Of a stretch of DNA of 64,000 nucleotides, positions 11,301-22,972 are shown one piece after another. The translations under genes and the position numbers were made by a program. The notes below the pieces were generated by a model that did not search any database, was not told the origin of the DNA, and saw only the letters and a list, made by a program, of their open reading frames with translations. Source of the DNA: Nemertoderma westbladi (taxonomy: Eukaryota; Animalia; Xenacoelomorpha); NCBI GenBank assembly GCA_032718475.1, contig JAUCBJ010000293.1, forward strand, positions 15,429 to 79,428, given 5' to 3'. Position 1 is the stretch's first letter. Every line of letters begins with the position of its first letter.

Positions 11301-12072
11301 GCTCCTCAGCTCATTAGAACATGCTGCTTCTAGTGTTGGTCTTTTTATTAACTCCAGAAAGACCAAAATTCTGACAGTTAACTTTGAAAGCCCTCAGCAA
11401 GTCTCTGATCGGATGAGCATAAGCTCAAAGGATGGTATGCTTGAGCATGTGGATGACTTCTGTTACCTGGGATCATGGATCCGGAAGTCAGGTGAGGACC
11501 TTCGAATACGTAAGGGAAAGGCATGGGCAGCCTTGAATAGGCTTTCCAGGATTTGGAAGTCACCTAGAATTAATCGGAAACTTAAGGTCCGATTATTCAG
11601 AGCAGCAGTAGTTCCAGTACTCCTCTACGGGAGTCCATGCTGGGCTCTAACTGCTGAGGACACCAAATCTCTGGATGGCACATTCACAAGAATGCTACGC
11701 CGGGTACATTGTGTCAAGTACAATGCACACATCTCCAACCAGACACTATATAACATTGGAGGTGTCTCATTGGTTCCCCCAAGCTTGACACTAGAACAAA
11801 ATCGCCTCCGCTTTGCAGGACATTGCTTTCGCCGTGAGGACCAGCCAGTGCATAATCTTGTACTTTGGCAGCCTCATGGAGTCAATAAGCATGGTGGACA
11901 GCCCATGACTTTCTTGAGACGCATCTTAAAGGACACTGGCCTTAAAGATGCGGATGATCTAGCAAATGTCATGGGTGATAGGGAGTTGTGGCGGTGCAAT
12001 TTTGTTGACAAGCCGGCACAGCATTCTTAAAAATGCAGCTGCAATGCAGCATGCCGATCCTAGTAGTAGTAG
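8339..12072 (+). mobile_element. Full-length RTE-clade non-LTR retrotransposon, copy 1
   Basis: 10-bp TSD TCGATTGGTT (8329-8338, 12073-12082); single APE-RT ORF; short 3' UTR with a hairpin and (TAG)4 tail. Confidence 0.93.
8746..12030 (+). CDS. RTE endonuclease-reverse transcriptase polyprotein (~1094 aa), open frame
   Basis: APE motifs VGVQEHR, YSPT, GDFNA, IDHI, SDH; RT motifs RGISL, QNGFR, VDFFKAFDSV, GVLQGDTLAP, DFADD; RTE-type C-terminus RLRFAGHCFR..LVLWQP. First ATG at 8746 (the ORF track starts at TTG 8725). Confidence 0.92.
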   Translation: MANQGVVFAPRADSAKKHPPTPTMDYISNAEVRPLEASGITGHNRPHRRQLTPDRLPVSPPTGERAANNSLSPFPDDLSGPNPGSPGRPDCDGERDSGVGGYSHVPPRPTKPLVNLRQVTRLASVNTLTLGSPMRQGELTALADKLSLSAVGVQEHRMQTGQTDEVLIKDMGGALASADDSGNGGIGLLMNPTAHAALDKIDQISNRIIHCHFSCSGRLAKKFPKVVLIVCYSPTSVAPVEEVENFYHNLQAATDGVDQHAFLTFLGDFNASLHQSSTSPWVYSNSVNRNSVHLQDFISGNGLFSAGTQFKKRTGKLWTHSGPSGHKSQIDHILFRRKYRSSIQDCNAFTLRPFSSDHRLIVAKVRLSLRASRTTKSALPRHDWSSLLQQPSVRSSFTLQLSNRYEALASEAADHCEGYTAFTEAVKLAAAETVPVYPRNRKRAPWTDNKIQKCRNDLHKAQKESRLKQTTAAKNAVKAASRSLNRQYSVNLQELINQQVDAINDADDSRQSSQAWKSINLLTGRKSQPTTKVKAESPADRLNGWKAHFEKLLNNDRVLPDNFIEVKVSESVLPDIPIGDISFAEVKAAAKSIKTNRASGVDGVPPEVFKIPECLKLIYPIIVDMYRTTRVPQEMKTNKLVPVPKKGNLTLYGSFRGISLISIAAKLYNRILLNRIRDPIERLLRGNQNGFRKGRGTMEPILALRRIIEELSKKKDRHLAVIFVDFFKAFDSVSRSRMFSILSLYGIPDEIIAAIRSVYDGSTTFVSTVDGDTEPFEVLWGVLQGDTLAPFLFIIVVDYVLRMSLDHHNDDGVMITPPTGSRSRGNPAKYLTDLDFADDLGVLSESLEGAQRLLSSLEHAASSVGLFINSRKTKILTVNFESPQQVSDRMSISSKDGMLEHVDDFCYLGSWIRKSGEDLRIRKGKAWAALNRLSRIWKSPRINRKLKVRLFRAAVVPVLLYGSPCWALTAEDTKSLDGTFTRMLRRVHCVKYNAHISNQTLYNIGGVSLVPPSLTLEQNRLRFAGHCFRREDQPVHNLVLWQPHGVNKHGGQPMTFLRRILKDTGLKDADDLANVMGDRELWRCNFVDKPAQHS

Positions 12073-13266
12073 TCGATTGGTTGAATGCTATACTCACTCA
12101 GTACATGATTATACTGCTGTAGAGTTACATCTCCCATGCAAAGTTTTAACTGCCGGTCAGGTTTTTAATGACTGGCAATTATTATATGTCTAAGTCTAAT
12201 AGTTTAATATTCGAACCTAAATTCATTGCTAATAATGGGATTTACCTGTTGTTATATTTGATATTCTGCTGGCAAACTAAATTTGTTGTTATTATTTGCT
12301 TAATATATCGCTGATATTACGGAATCAAGAAGGTTTTACACGCGCCACAACCAGGTGGGTCACTATAATAATGTCATGTCACAGAATTGAGACACTATAT
12401 TGTACTGATTCTGTGTGAATACATCGTGTATTAATCATGACAATAACACCCTGTTTAAAATGCATTACATTTCATGCCATTTGACTGTGCACAAAACACC
12501 ATAACAGTATTGAGAAGCAATATACCTTGCATTTTCCAGCTAAATACTACGGACCACACCCAAAATTAGTGAAAAAATAGTTCGTGGAAAATTAATGATT
12601 TGGTTATATGATTATCAGAAAAATATTTGGATCTTCCTCTCAAACTATTAATCTTGTTGTTAATCCGCATGAGTTTGAGATCTACAGTAAGCAGAAATAA
12701 AAAATAAAGAAAATTCAATAATATATTTATATACAATTTGGTATAATCTATACCATTACAGTACAACTGAGTGGGCTGCTGGCTGGACGCTCTATGACTC
12801 GAAAAGCGCTTCTAAGGGACAAACAACTAATGCAGGGCTATTAGTTAATCAGAAAACACAGTACATTAAGTTGATTTTGTTGAGACGTTGATGACATGGT
12901 AATTTTAGTATTTCAGTTTCAATATTATTGCCATAATGTAAGTTTTAATGCAGAAATTTTCTGTTAATACCCGTCTGTCATCAATCCTCTGAGCGCCTTT
13001 TGGTTGGTGTGGTACAGATTAAGAGGGGGGGGGGAGGTACTTTCCCTTCTTCGTTGATTTATTGGCTGTTTGGTTAAATTTCATAAACCCGAAACCGACT
13101 TTGTGATAGAATCGCTCAATTTTATTCTGAATCTCATAACTGAGCCTCGTGCTGCGCGAAGGCACACGAACGTGTAAGCAGAAATTTTTACTGATATGAT
13201 TATTCATTAGACGCCGCATCCTTAAGGCCACACTTTGTGTGTGATCTTTTTTACTATTGTATTAAT

Positions 13267-13606
13267 GGCAGCACTAAACATCAGCTGGAGACAACACATG
13301 ACAATCGCCGAGCTTTGGGGTAATATACCACCTGTATCAACCATCCTCCATGAACGCAGATTAAGATTCAGTGACAATGGTGGATAAGTGAACCTGAGAC
13401 CACACCAGAAGTAATTTTCTGGCAGCCAACATAAGCAATGTGTAGCTGTGGACGAATGGCTATGACATACAATAGTCCAGCTTGAATGAAAGGGATACTG
13501 AACTTGGGAGAAACGAAATTGCGACAACTATGGAGAATCGGGAAGCCTGGAAGGATCTCATTTCCTCTGTCCTAGCTCGCCCGATCTATAGTAGTAGTAG
13601 TAGTAG
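13267..13606 (+). mobile_element. 3' fragment of a different RTE family
   Basis: Translates AALNISWRQHMT..ELWGNIPPVS..RRLRFS..IFWQP..MENREAWK; ends in (TAG)6. Confidence 0.75.
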
Positions 13607-14136
13607 GCCTACACATAATGTACTGTAAATCGTTTGTTATACAGTACTGTGTACAAACACTGTACAGTAAAGTGTGTATACTTAACATATAAACAATGTA
13701 TATCGCTCAGACCGAGAGATTTGGAGGGACTTTGTTTCGGGTGATGCCATGTCAAAACGATTATGTCTTTATTTCATTAATGATTTCCGCTTATTGAAAA
13801 ACTTTACTTGAATTAATTTCAGCTTACAATACCATGTAAATCTTTCTACAATTTCAGAGAATGTAACACTGGCGTTATCCATCAGTTTAATATTACCAAT
13901 AGTTTTTATTGGGGTTATTCTTCTCATATGCTTGGTCTTTCGATTGGAATTACAAATATTCATCATAAATTACTGTCTAAAAGTTGAGGAATCAAAATGC
14001 AATCCTGCCTTCGTCCTGCAGACTAGGATTCCTTACGTCCCGCCACACTAGTCCGCTTCGCGGACCTCCGCTGCGCTCCACTCCAGCCCTTTGGCAGGAT
14101 TGCATTTATCGGGCAGGATTCCCCATTCATCCCGAC

Positions 14137-15496
14137 GTTTATATTGAAAAATATCGAGACATGAAAAATATCGAGAGTAAAAATAACGCGAGTAAAAACA
14201 TCGAGTGTTGAAACATATCGATAATATCGAGAGTTCAAAAAATATCGAGAGTAAAAATATCGAGGGTAAAAATATCGAGAGTAAAAATATCGAGTGTTGA
14301 AAAATATCGAGAGTAAAAATATCGAGAGTAAAAATATCGAGGGTTGAAAAATATCGAGAGTAAAAATATCGAGTGTTGAAAAATATCGAGAGTAAAAATA
14401 TCGAGTGTTGAAAAATATCGAGAGTAAAAATATCGAGTGTTGAAAAATATCGAGAGTAAAAATATCGAGTGTTGAAAAATATCGAGTGTTGAAAAATATC
14501 GAGAGTAAAAATATCGAGTGTTGAAAAATATAGAGTGTTGAAAAATATAGAGTGTTGAAAAATATCGAGAGTAAAAATATCGATAGTAACAATTTTTTTA
14601 AATAAGGGTTGTATGATAATATTTTTTACTAAAAATGTTCTAGAACAAAAATATTTATTAACATTTGGTAGCTTATACGTGTTCTAATATAATATTTAAC
14701 AATATGTATAATATTTATCAAAATTTATAGCTAGCACTTATTTTATAATATTTATTAAAAAAATAGCAAAAACTAGCTAGTATAATAAATCTGGTAAATG
14801 GGTACCCAAGGTGTATTACATAATGCCATTCACTTGCACTTGCACTGTTGTAACCCATGCACTGCAACATTGTTCCATAATACTAAATAAATACAACTAA
14901 ATAAAACGCTCAAGCAAAATGCAATATTTTTACTCTCGATAATTTTCAACACTCGATATTTTTCAACACTCGATATTTTTACTCTCGATATTTTTCAACA
15001 CTCGATATTTTTCAACACTCGATATTTTTACTCTCGATATTTTTCAACACTCGTTATTTTTACTCCCGATATTTTTCAACACTCGATATTTTTACTCTCG
15101 ATATTTTTCAAAACTCGATATTTTTACTCTCGATATTTTTACTCTCGATATTTTTACTCTCGATATTTTTACTCTCGATATTTTTCAACACTCGATATTT
15201 TTCAACAATCGATATTTTTACTCTCGATATTTTTCAACACTCGATATTTTTCAACACTCGATATTTTTGCTCTCGATATTTTTCAACACTCGATATTTTT
15301 ACTGTCGATATTTTTCAACACTCGATATATTTCAACACTCGTTATTTTCGATATTTTTCATCTCGCGTTATTTTTACTCTCGATATTTTTTAATCACGTT
15401 AATTTTCAACACTCGTTATTTTTACTCTCGATATTTTTACTCTCGTTATTTTTACTCTCGATATTTTTCAAGTCTCGATATTTTTCACCATTACCC
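14137..15496. mobile_element. Foldback element with arms of 15-17-bp tandem repeats (MULE/Foldback-like, non-autonomous)
   Basis: Left arm (14145-14590) alternates AAAAATATCGAGAGT and GAAAAATATCGAGTGTT; right arm (14925-15487) is the reverse complement; TCCCGAC flanks both sides (14130-14136, 15497-15503). Confidence 0.8.
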
Positions 15497-15563
15497 TCCC
15501 GACTTTTTGTGGGATTGTTTTAATCATTGCTCTGATCGCAGTAGTACAGTAGTATTGTAACTC

Positions 15564-15903
15564 TGTTATGTAATGTGATCTGTAATAATGAAACCAATAC
15601 GTAGTAAATTGCAATACATTGTTTAAATTGATTAGCCAACACACTAAGTATATAATGTTTGCCCCAGAAATAAATCCGCGTAAAGGTCTATCCATAGAAG
15701 CCATTAATTAACTGTAATGTGCAAATTAATTAGACTAACCATATGTTAACCTCACAGTTTGTGCAGTACGTAATATGTAGTTGTTAAAGAATGTATTCTA
15801 ACTAGTGCCAAATTGAGTTTCAATATATAGTATCTTTCCGTATTTAGTACACTATTATTTTCCATTCCATAAATGGACTTCCACTTGGGGAAGATCCACA
15901 ACA
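15564..15903 (+). repeat. 5' LTR (340 bp)
   Basis: TGTTATGTAATG...GATCCACAACA, direct repeat of 22456-22811. Confidence 0.93.
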
Positions 15904-15905
15904 AT

Positions 15906-15915
15906 TGGCGCCCGA
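15906..15915 (+). other. Primer binding site, tRNA-Lys-like
   Basis: TGGCGCCCGA 2 nt after the 5' LTR. Confidence 0.75.
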
Positions 15916-16007
15916 TATTAAAAACTCATTTAGTTCATTAAATAAATACATTACATTATTGTGTAAACTGTTCATTGTCATTATTCGGCAAGTTCATTAC
16001 ATTCACA

Positions 16008-19000
16008 ATGAGTAAAAAAGATCCAACCCAATAATCTCACGATCCAAACCACGACGAAATCGAGTTCAAACGACTCATAAGAAGTAGAGGAGCAAAGCGG
16101 TCCGCAGCAACGAAAATCCTCAACGAGTTGGATGCAGAAGATCTTAACCAGTTGACATTCGAAAAGAAACGATCGAAGCTCAAAATCCTCAACTCTTACA
16201 CGGAGAGTCTCGACAAATTCGACGACGAAATCTGGGGTCTACTCGACCAATCTCAAATAAACAAAGATATCGACGAAGCAACGAATTATAAGGTTAGACT
16301 CACTGAAACTATAACTCTGTTAGAAATGTCTCTTTCAGCAGCCTCAAATCTACCTACAAGTACGAATGTTAGTAGTGGTGCAATAAATCCAGGTTCTAGT
16401 GCAGTTAGTAGTAGTACATATGCTATAAGTAGTCAATATGCCAGATCAGTGCTTCCAAAATTGGATAGACCTATTTTCAGCGGTGACGTTTTAGATTTTT
16501 GTGGTTGGCGAGATTCATTTCGTAGTGCTATACACGATTCTGGTCTTCCAGATGTACTTAAGTTACAACATTTAATGCAAGCGGTGCAAGGTGAAGCTAA
16601 AGCAGTAGTTGCTGGTCTATTAATCACTAGCGAAAATTATTCAGTAGCCATGGATCTTTTAGAACAAAGGTATGGTTCGAAACACCGAATCATACAGGCA
16701 CACATAGAAAAGCTACGAAATATTGCGAATAAACAATTAACATTGAGACAAGTACACAATACATGTATGACACACATACGAGCATTGGAAGCACTTGGCA
16801 CTAATCCACAACAATATCAAATAACTGTGATACCAGACATCATGAAAACTTTAGATTTTGCATATGGCACTAAAATACTAGAAAAGAAAAATAACAACAT
16901 CGATGATTTATTGTGGCTAATGAACCAAATAGGTACACGATTAGCAAGTGAGGAAGTGATGAACACATATAAAAATGAAACAAACGGAACAAATTCCATA
17001 AACAAAATAACAACACAGAGACAAAATGATAGATCAATGACATCTACAGTAGCGGCATTTCCAATTACTGCCAATGCAACAAACATTGTAAAGCCCAAAC
17101 AACAACAGGGAAATTTTCAACATCAAAATAAATCACAAGTACCGGTAATAAAGTGCGTATTTTTCGATCAAACGCACTATTCATCAAACTGTCAAGTCAT
17201 TACAGATATTGAGCAGCGTAAACACATTCTATCAAATAAACGACTGTGTTACAGGTGTATCAAGGGTGGCCATATAGCAAGGGACTGTCCACGTGACAAA
17301 CCTTGTTATAATTGCAAGAAATATGGACACCACGCTGCAATATGTAACAAACTGACAATGTCTCGTCCACAAATCCAAAAACCATTAAAAGATATCAACA
17401 AAACATCGGTTAACGTAATATCTGTTAATAATAGTTCAACATTGTCTGTTCAAGTTTCAAGTTTATCGGTAATAACTTCAAATGGTATTCTTCAAACAGC
17501 AATAATGAATTGTCAGTATCAGTCGGTTAATGATTCAAATTCATTTCAGGTTAAAGGATTTTTTGATCAAGGAAGCCAGCGGTCATTCATTGTGAAATCC
17601 ATAATTCAAAAATACAACTTACCCATTATAGGAACCGAACTTATTGAAGTCAATAATTTCCAAGGAATTCCAGGTGAGGATGTCAATTCAAATGTTTCAT
17701 TGTTAGAAATTGCTCAGATTACATTAATTCTACGTGACAAGAAAACGGTTGTCGTATCAGCATTGGTTGTAGATAACATTTGTTCCCCAGTTCAAAATAA
17801 CATTTGTTCTAAAGACATTACGGACAGTATTAATTCAAACATAGTAGACGACATACTTAATAAAAACCATAGTGATCAACCGTTTGAAGTTGAAATTTTA
17901 ATTGGCTCAGATTACTACTGGGATATAGTAACTGGGAAAATGTTTCGTATTTCCGGAACGGGATTGGTAGCTCTGGACTCAGGGGTGGGTTGGCTACTTT
18001 CCGGTAAAATGGAAAGTGATACAAATGTTAGAGAAAACAAAATTCAAAATAACAGTACAAGTACATGTATGTTGGTTAAGTCTGAGTTACAAAGGCAAAG
18101 TACTGGAATCTCGGTCAATGAAAATTTTTTCGAAATCCTTAAAAAATTTTGGGCATTAGACAGTTTTGGGATATTTCCACCAGAAAACGAGATATCATTC
18201 AAAGAACTATTAAATATACGGTTTGACACTAACGGTTTATATACGGTTGATTTGCCTTGGACATTACATCACGACAAATTAATTAATTGACCATTATTCC
18301 CTATGTAATAAACAATTACATTCTCTAATTCGTCGTTTACATAAGACTGGCCTATTAGAGAGATACAACAGCGTATTTCAAGAACATTTATCAAAGGGAT
18401 ACATTGAACCAGTTTCACTTGACGAACCAACTCAGACCCAAGTACATTACATACCACATCACGGCGTGCTATGTGAAGAACGAGAATCAACAAAGTTACG
18501 TGTTGTTTTCAACGGCTCAGCAAAATGTTATCCTGGGGACACTTCATTAAATGAATGCCTTCATAAAGGACCAAACAATGTTCCCCTGTTACTCAAAGTT
18601 CTCATACGATTAAGAGAACATGCTATTGTAATTATGGCCGACATAGAGCAAGCATTTTTGCGATGCCAAATTAATACATTAGATCGAGATTGTCTGAGGT
18701 TTCTATGGGTACCGGATATAGAAAACATTAATTTTGATTCATTGGATATTTGCGTTTACAGGTATACTCGAGCACTTTTCGGTTTGATATGCTCATCCAA
18801 TATTCTGGCGGAGACGCTTGATACACATCTTGAGACACAACTTTCAATCTTAGACAAATCTCAACATTCAGCAATCGATAAGTTGAAAGATCTATACGTA
18901 GACGACTTGGCAACAGGTGTTAAAACTATTCAGGAAGGTATAAAATTCAAGACAGACGCGTGCAACATTCTTCAAGCCGGAGAATTTAATATTCGTAGGT

Positions 19001-21893
19001 GGGTGACAAATTCTCCAGAATTACAAAGAGAGTTTGATAAAGAGTCATGTGGTAAGTTAAATAATAACAATTCAATTTTAACAGAAATAGTAGAAGACAA
19101 ACAAACATATGCCCAATCTTCTTTAAACATACCTTTGTCTCAAACATCAGACATAAAACGTGTTTTAGGCCAAGGCTGGTCCACAAAGAACGACACATTT
19201 TGTTTTGATGTAACACCAGTTTACGATTACTTAAAATTATTAACAAAAAACAAGAAAGCTATTTTACAGCTTTCTGCTCGTTTATATGACCCTTTCGGCA
19301 TTTTAATCCCATTCACTGGTCTCATAAAAGCGGAATTTCAAAATTTGTGTCAAACAACAAAAAAATGGGATGAACCGCTTTCAGGAGAATTATTAACAAA
19401 GTGGAACAATTGGTCGGATAAATTATTATATTTAAACCGTGTGGAAATCCCGAGAAATTTGTTTGCAAAAACCAAAGATGTGCTTACTGTGGAATTGCAC
19501 GGGTTCTCAGACGCCAGCAAAAAGTTGTGCGCTGGTGTAATTGACATCAAAACAACATACACAGACAAATCGTGTTTAGTGGAATTTGTAATTGCTAAGT
19601 CAAAGGTATGTCCATTGTCGCATAATAAATCAAAGAAACCAAAGGTCATACAAACCGAGGGTGATGACACTTCAATCCCTAGAAAGGAACTTTTAGGAGC
19701 GGTACTGTTAGCAAATCTTATAGACTCTTCAGTTTCAGCGCTAACCACTCCATTAGACAAGCTATTCATGTGGATGGATGCATATGACGTATTGTATTGG
19801 TTAATAGGGAATTCAAATAAGTACAACGAGTTTGTGCATAACAGAGTAGAAGTAATTCGTACAATTTCATCTCGTTTGTCCATAGAATGGCGTTACTGTC
19901 CCACGTCATTAAATCCAGCTGACATACCAACACGAGGTTTATTACCAGATAAACTTGTAGATTCTAGTTTGTGGTTTAACGGTCCAGAATACCTCCAACA
20001 AGATTCTCAACATTGGCCTGTGCAAAAGATATTGTCAGAACATTTATCTCCAAATGGAATTAAGGAAATTAAATCAACCAAGGCCAAGCAAACAGTCTCA
20101 ATCTTACGAACAGACACGAAACCGTCAATCTTACAATTAGTTAATTGTTCAGATTCAAGCCACATGGTGGCGCTCGTCAGGAAAGTAGCTTTGATCTACA
20201 GGTTTGTTAATAATTTAAAAGCGAAGTGTAAAGGAATTTCAGGAAATAAATTAAGTGGAGCGCTAACTAGAGAAGAATTAGTTGTAGCAGAAGGAGTAAT
20301 TATTAAAGCGATACAGCTGGAAACATTTCCAAGTGAGTTAAACTATTTGCAGAAATATAATTCGAATCTCAAACGTCCGACAATGTTAAAGCAGTTGAAT
20401 CTGTTTTTAGATCAAACCGGTATAATTCGTAGCAAAGGTCGTGTGCAAAGTCCATTCGTTTCATGGCATACTTGTAACCCAATACTTCTTCCACAATCAC
20501 ATTACTTTACGCGATTGGTTATTCTTGAAGCTCATGAAATAGTCACTCACTCTCGCGTGAGGGATACTTTAGTTCAAGTTCGGGAAAAATTCTGGATAAC
20601 TCGCGGTAGACAAGAAGTTCGGATGGATGTATTACATGTAAACACGTACAAGGTAAACCTTATACGGTTCCCGCAACAAGTCCATTACCTACAGAGCGTG
20701 TTTCATCAGATTTAGGACCATTTGAAGCCGTTGGTATCGATTTTTGTGGTCCCTTAACGATAGTCAACCCTCAAACGACCATTCCAAATAATAATCAATC
20801 TCCTTTTTTCAAGGTTTACATTGCATTGTTTACTTGCGCTAACATTCGAGCAGTACATTTGGAGTTGGTAAGCAATCTAACATGTTAAGCCTTTATTGCA
20901 GCTTTCCATCGATTCATTGGAAGAAGAGGTATTCCTAAATATATATTTTCAGATAACGCGTCAACTTTTAAACGGACGGAGCAGGAAATCAAAGCACATA
21001 AAACATTTTTAGAAAGTGACGAGGTAGTACAGGAATTTGGAAAACTGCACATGGACTGGAAATTCAATGTCCCATTGAATCCATCAGCATATGGCTTCAT
21101 AGAAAGGTTAGTCGGTCCATCAAAACTTATCTTGAAGAAGGTAATAGGACGAGCAATACTAACATTTGAAGAACTAATGACATTTCTTGTATCCGCAGAA
21201 GCAACAATTAATAGCCGTCCACTTACATTTATTTCAGATGACGCCAAGGAATCATACCAAACATTAACACCCGCACATTTTCTTGTAGGTCGGCGATTAT
21301 GTTCTCTACCTTACGTTACAGGCAAAGTTAAGTTTAATAAACCAACAAAGAATCAATTGGTAGAATCATTAAAACGACAAGAAAGAGCCGCTAACCATTT
21401 TTGGCAAATATGGAAGGAAGAATACGTAGTTAGTTTAAGAGAAAGTCACAAAAAATGTAATCTTGATCCCAAAACACCAGTGGTCCCTAATGTAGGTGAC
21501 ATTTGTTTACTGGAGGACAGACTTCGTCCTCGTTGCTTTTGGAAATTATGTAAAGTAGAAAAATTAATAATAAGCAAGGATGGGAAATGTAGAGCAGTAC
21601 AAATATCAGTCGCGAAACGAAAGAAAGAAAGCACTAAACTTATCAGATCAATCAAACAAGTAATTCCATTAGAAGTGAACGAAAATGACAAAGAGGAAAT
21701 ATCAACTGTCGCAATACAACAGACTTACAATAAACCAAATACAGACAAAGTCAGTAACAGTAAAGTCACAATTATCGCAAATCAAAGAAATGACAAGCAA
21801 GCTTTACCGAGTACATCACAACCTGCCGTTGGACGTACTCGCGATATGTTGCCTAGAAATGCCAAAAAGTTAAAAGTTGGCGTTTACAAATAA
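16008..21893 (+). pseudogene. BEL/Pao gag-pol polyprotein with stops and frameshifts
   Basis: Gag (LPKL..PIFSGD), three Zn knuckles (CYRCIKGGHIARDC, CYNCKKYGHHAAIC, one mutated), protease FDQGSQRSF, RT LRVVFNGS/ADIEQAF/LYVDD, RNase H LHGFSDAS..NPADIPTRG, integrase GIDFCGP/SDNASTF/INSRPL. Breaks at ~16032, 18290-18465, ~20625 and ~20887. Confidence 0.92.
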
Positions 21894-22417
21894 GCAAATT
21901 TTAGTAAATTTGCAACTACTGTTTTGCATTTTGTATGTACAGTAATACAGTTATGTGTAAAGTAAGTAGTACAGTAGACACTTATATTTATTTTGTTGAA
22001 TGAAGACTCTTATATTTGTTTTGTTGGAAGATTAAATATGAATATATTATGTAAATTTATGTAATATTATATAAAGAAAATGCCTTTCTAGTAAAGTAAT
22101 ATTATTTATTTAACGGTAAACGAACTCCACTATGTAGTAAGTATAGTACCATTGTTAAAAACTCAATTGGTGTTGTTTATAATATTATTTGTGTCATTAA
22201 TCGTACGTAGTAAAGTTAATTACGTGATGTTTGCATTATTTATTAATTATAATATTAAATACGGTATATTAATTTTGTTTTGATTAGGTTATAAATTATT
22301 GCATTATTTAATTCAATTGTACAAATATATTATTTATACTGTAGTTAATTTCTCATTTAGCATATTACCTTCATTAACTTAAAATGCAATGATATTTTGT
22401 TCTACTGCATCGTGAAC

Positions 22418-22455
22418 AAAGGGGGAGTGTTATGTAACCAAAGCAAAAGGGGGAG
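22418..22455 (+). other. Polypurine tract, duplicated together with the first 10 nt of the LTR
   Basis: AAAGGGGGAG-TGTTATGTAA at 22418-22437 and again at 22446-22465. Confidence 0.8.
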
Positions 22456-22811
22456 TGTTATGTAATGTGATCTGTAATAATGAAACCAATACGTAGTAAA
22501 TTGCAATACATTGTTTAAATTGATTAGCCAACACACTAAGTATATAATGTTTGCCCCAGAAATAAATCCGCGTAAAGGTCTATCCATAGAAGCCATTAAT
22601 TAACTGTAATGTGCAAATTAATCATATGAACTATCATATAAACTAACCATATGTTAACCTCACAGTTTGTGCAGTACGTAATATATAGTTGTTAAAGAAT
22701 GTATTCTAACTAGTGCCAAATTGAGTTTCAATATATAGTATCTTTCCGTATTTAGTACACTATTATTTTCCATTCCATAAATGGACTTCCACTTGGGGAA
22801 GATCCACAACA
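22456..22811 (+). repeat. 3' LTR (356 bp)
   Basis: Direct repeat of the 5' LTR with a ~16-bp insertion near 22622-22640 and very few substitutions. Confidence 0.93.
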
Positions 22812-22972
22812 ATCTCTTCACTAAATTGTATAACATAACGCGCTTTGTATCTGCGATGATATATCCTGTATCTTGTCATGTGCTGTTGAGGACAGATTGT
22901 ATGTTAAAAAATAGAAAATTTGAACATCAAATAATTGCTTGCTAAAAAATTATACAGCTTTATTAATAACTA

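Larger units (their letters stand above)
15564..22811 (+). mobile_element. Full-length BEL/Pao LTR retrotransposon (coding region disrupted)
   Basis: Near-identical TG...CA LTRs, TSD AACTC/ATCTC, PBS, PPT, and gag-PR-RT-RH-IN order with BEL-specific motifs. Confidence 0.95.

Noticed and set aside
13019-13225. TTAA-flanked Kolobok-like MITE
   Set aside because: Terminal inverted repeats are too weak.
14023-15560. ORFs of 189 aa and 97 aa with repetitive LLSIFFNTRYF
   Set aside because: Artefacts of stop-free tandem repeats in the foldback arms.
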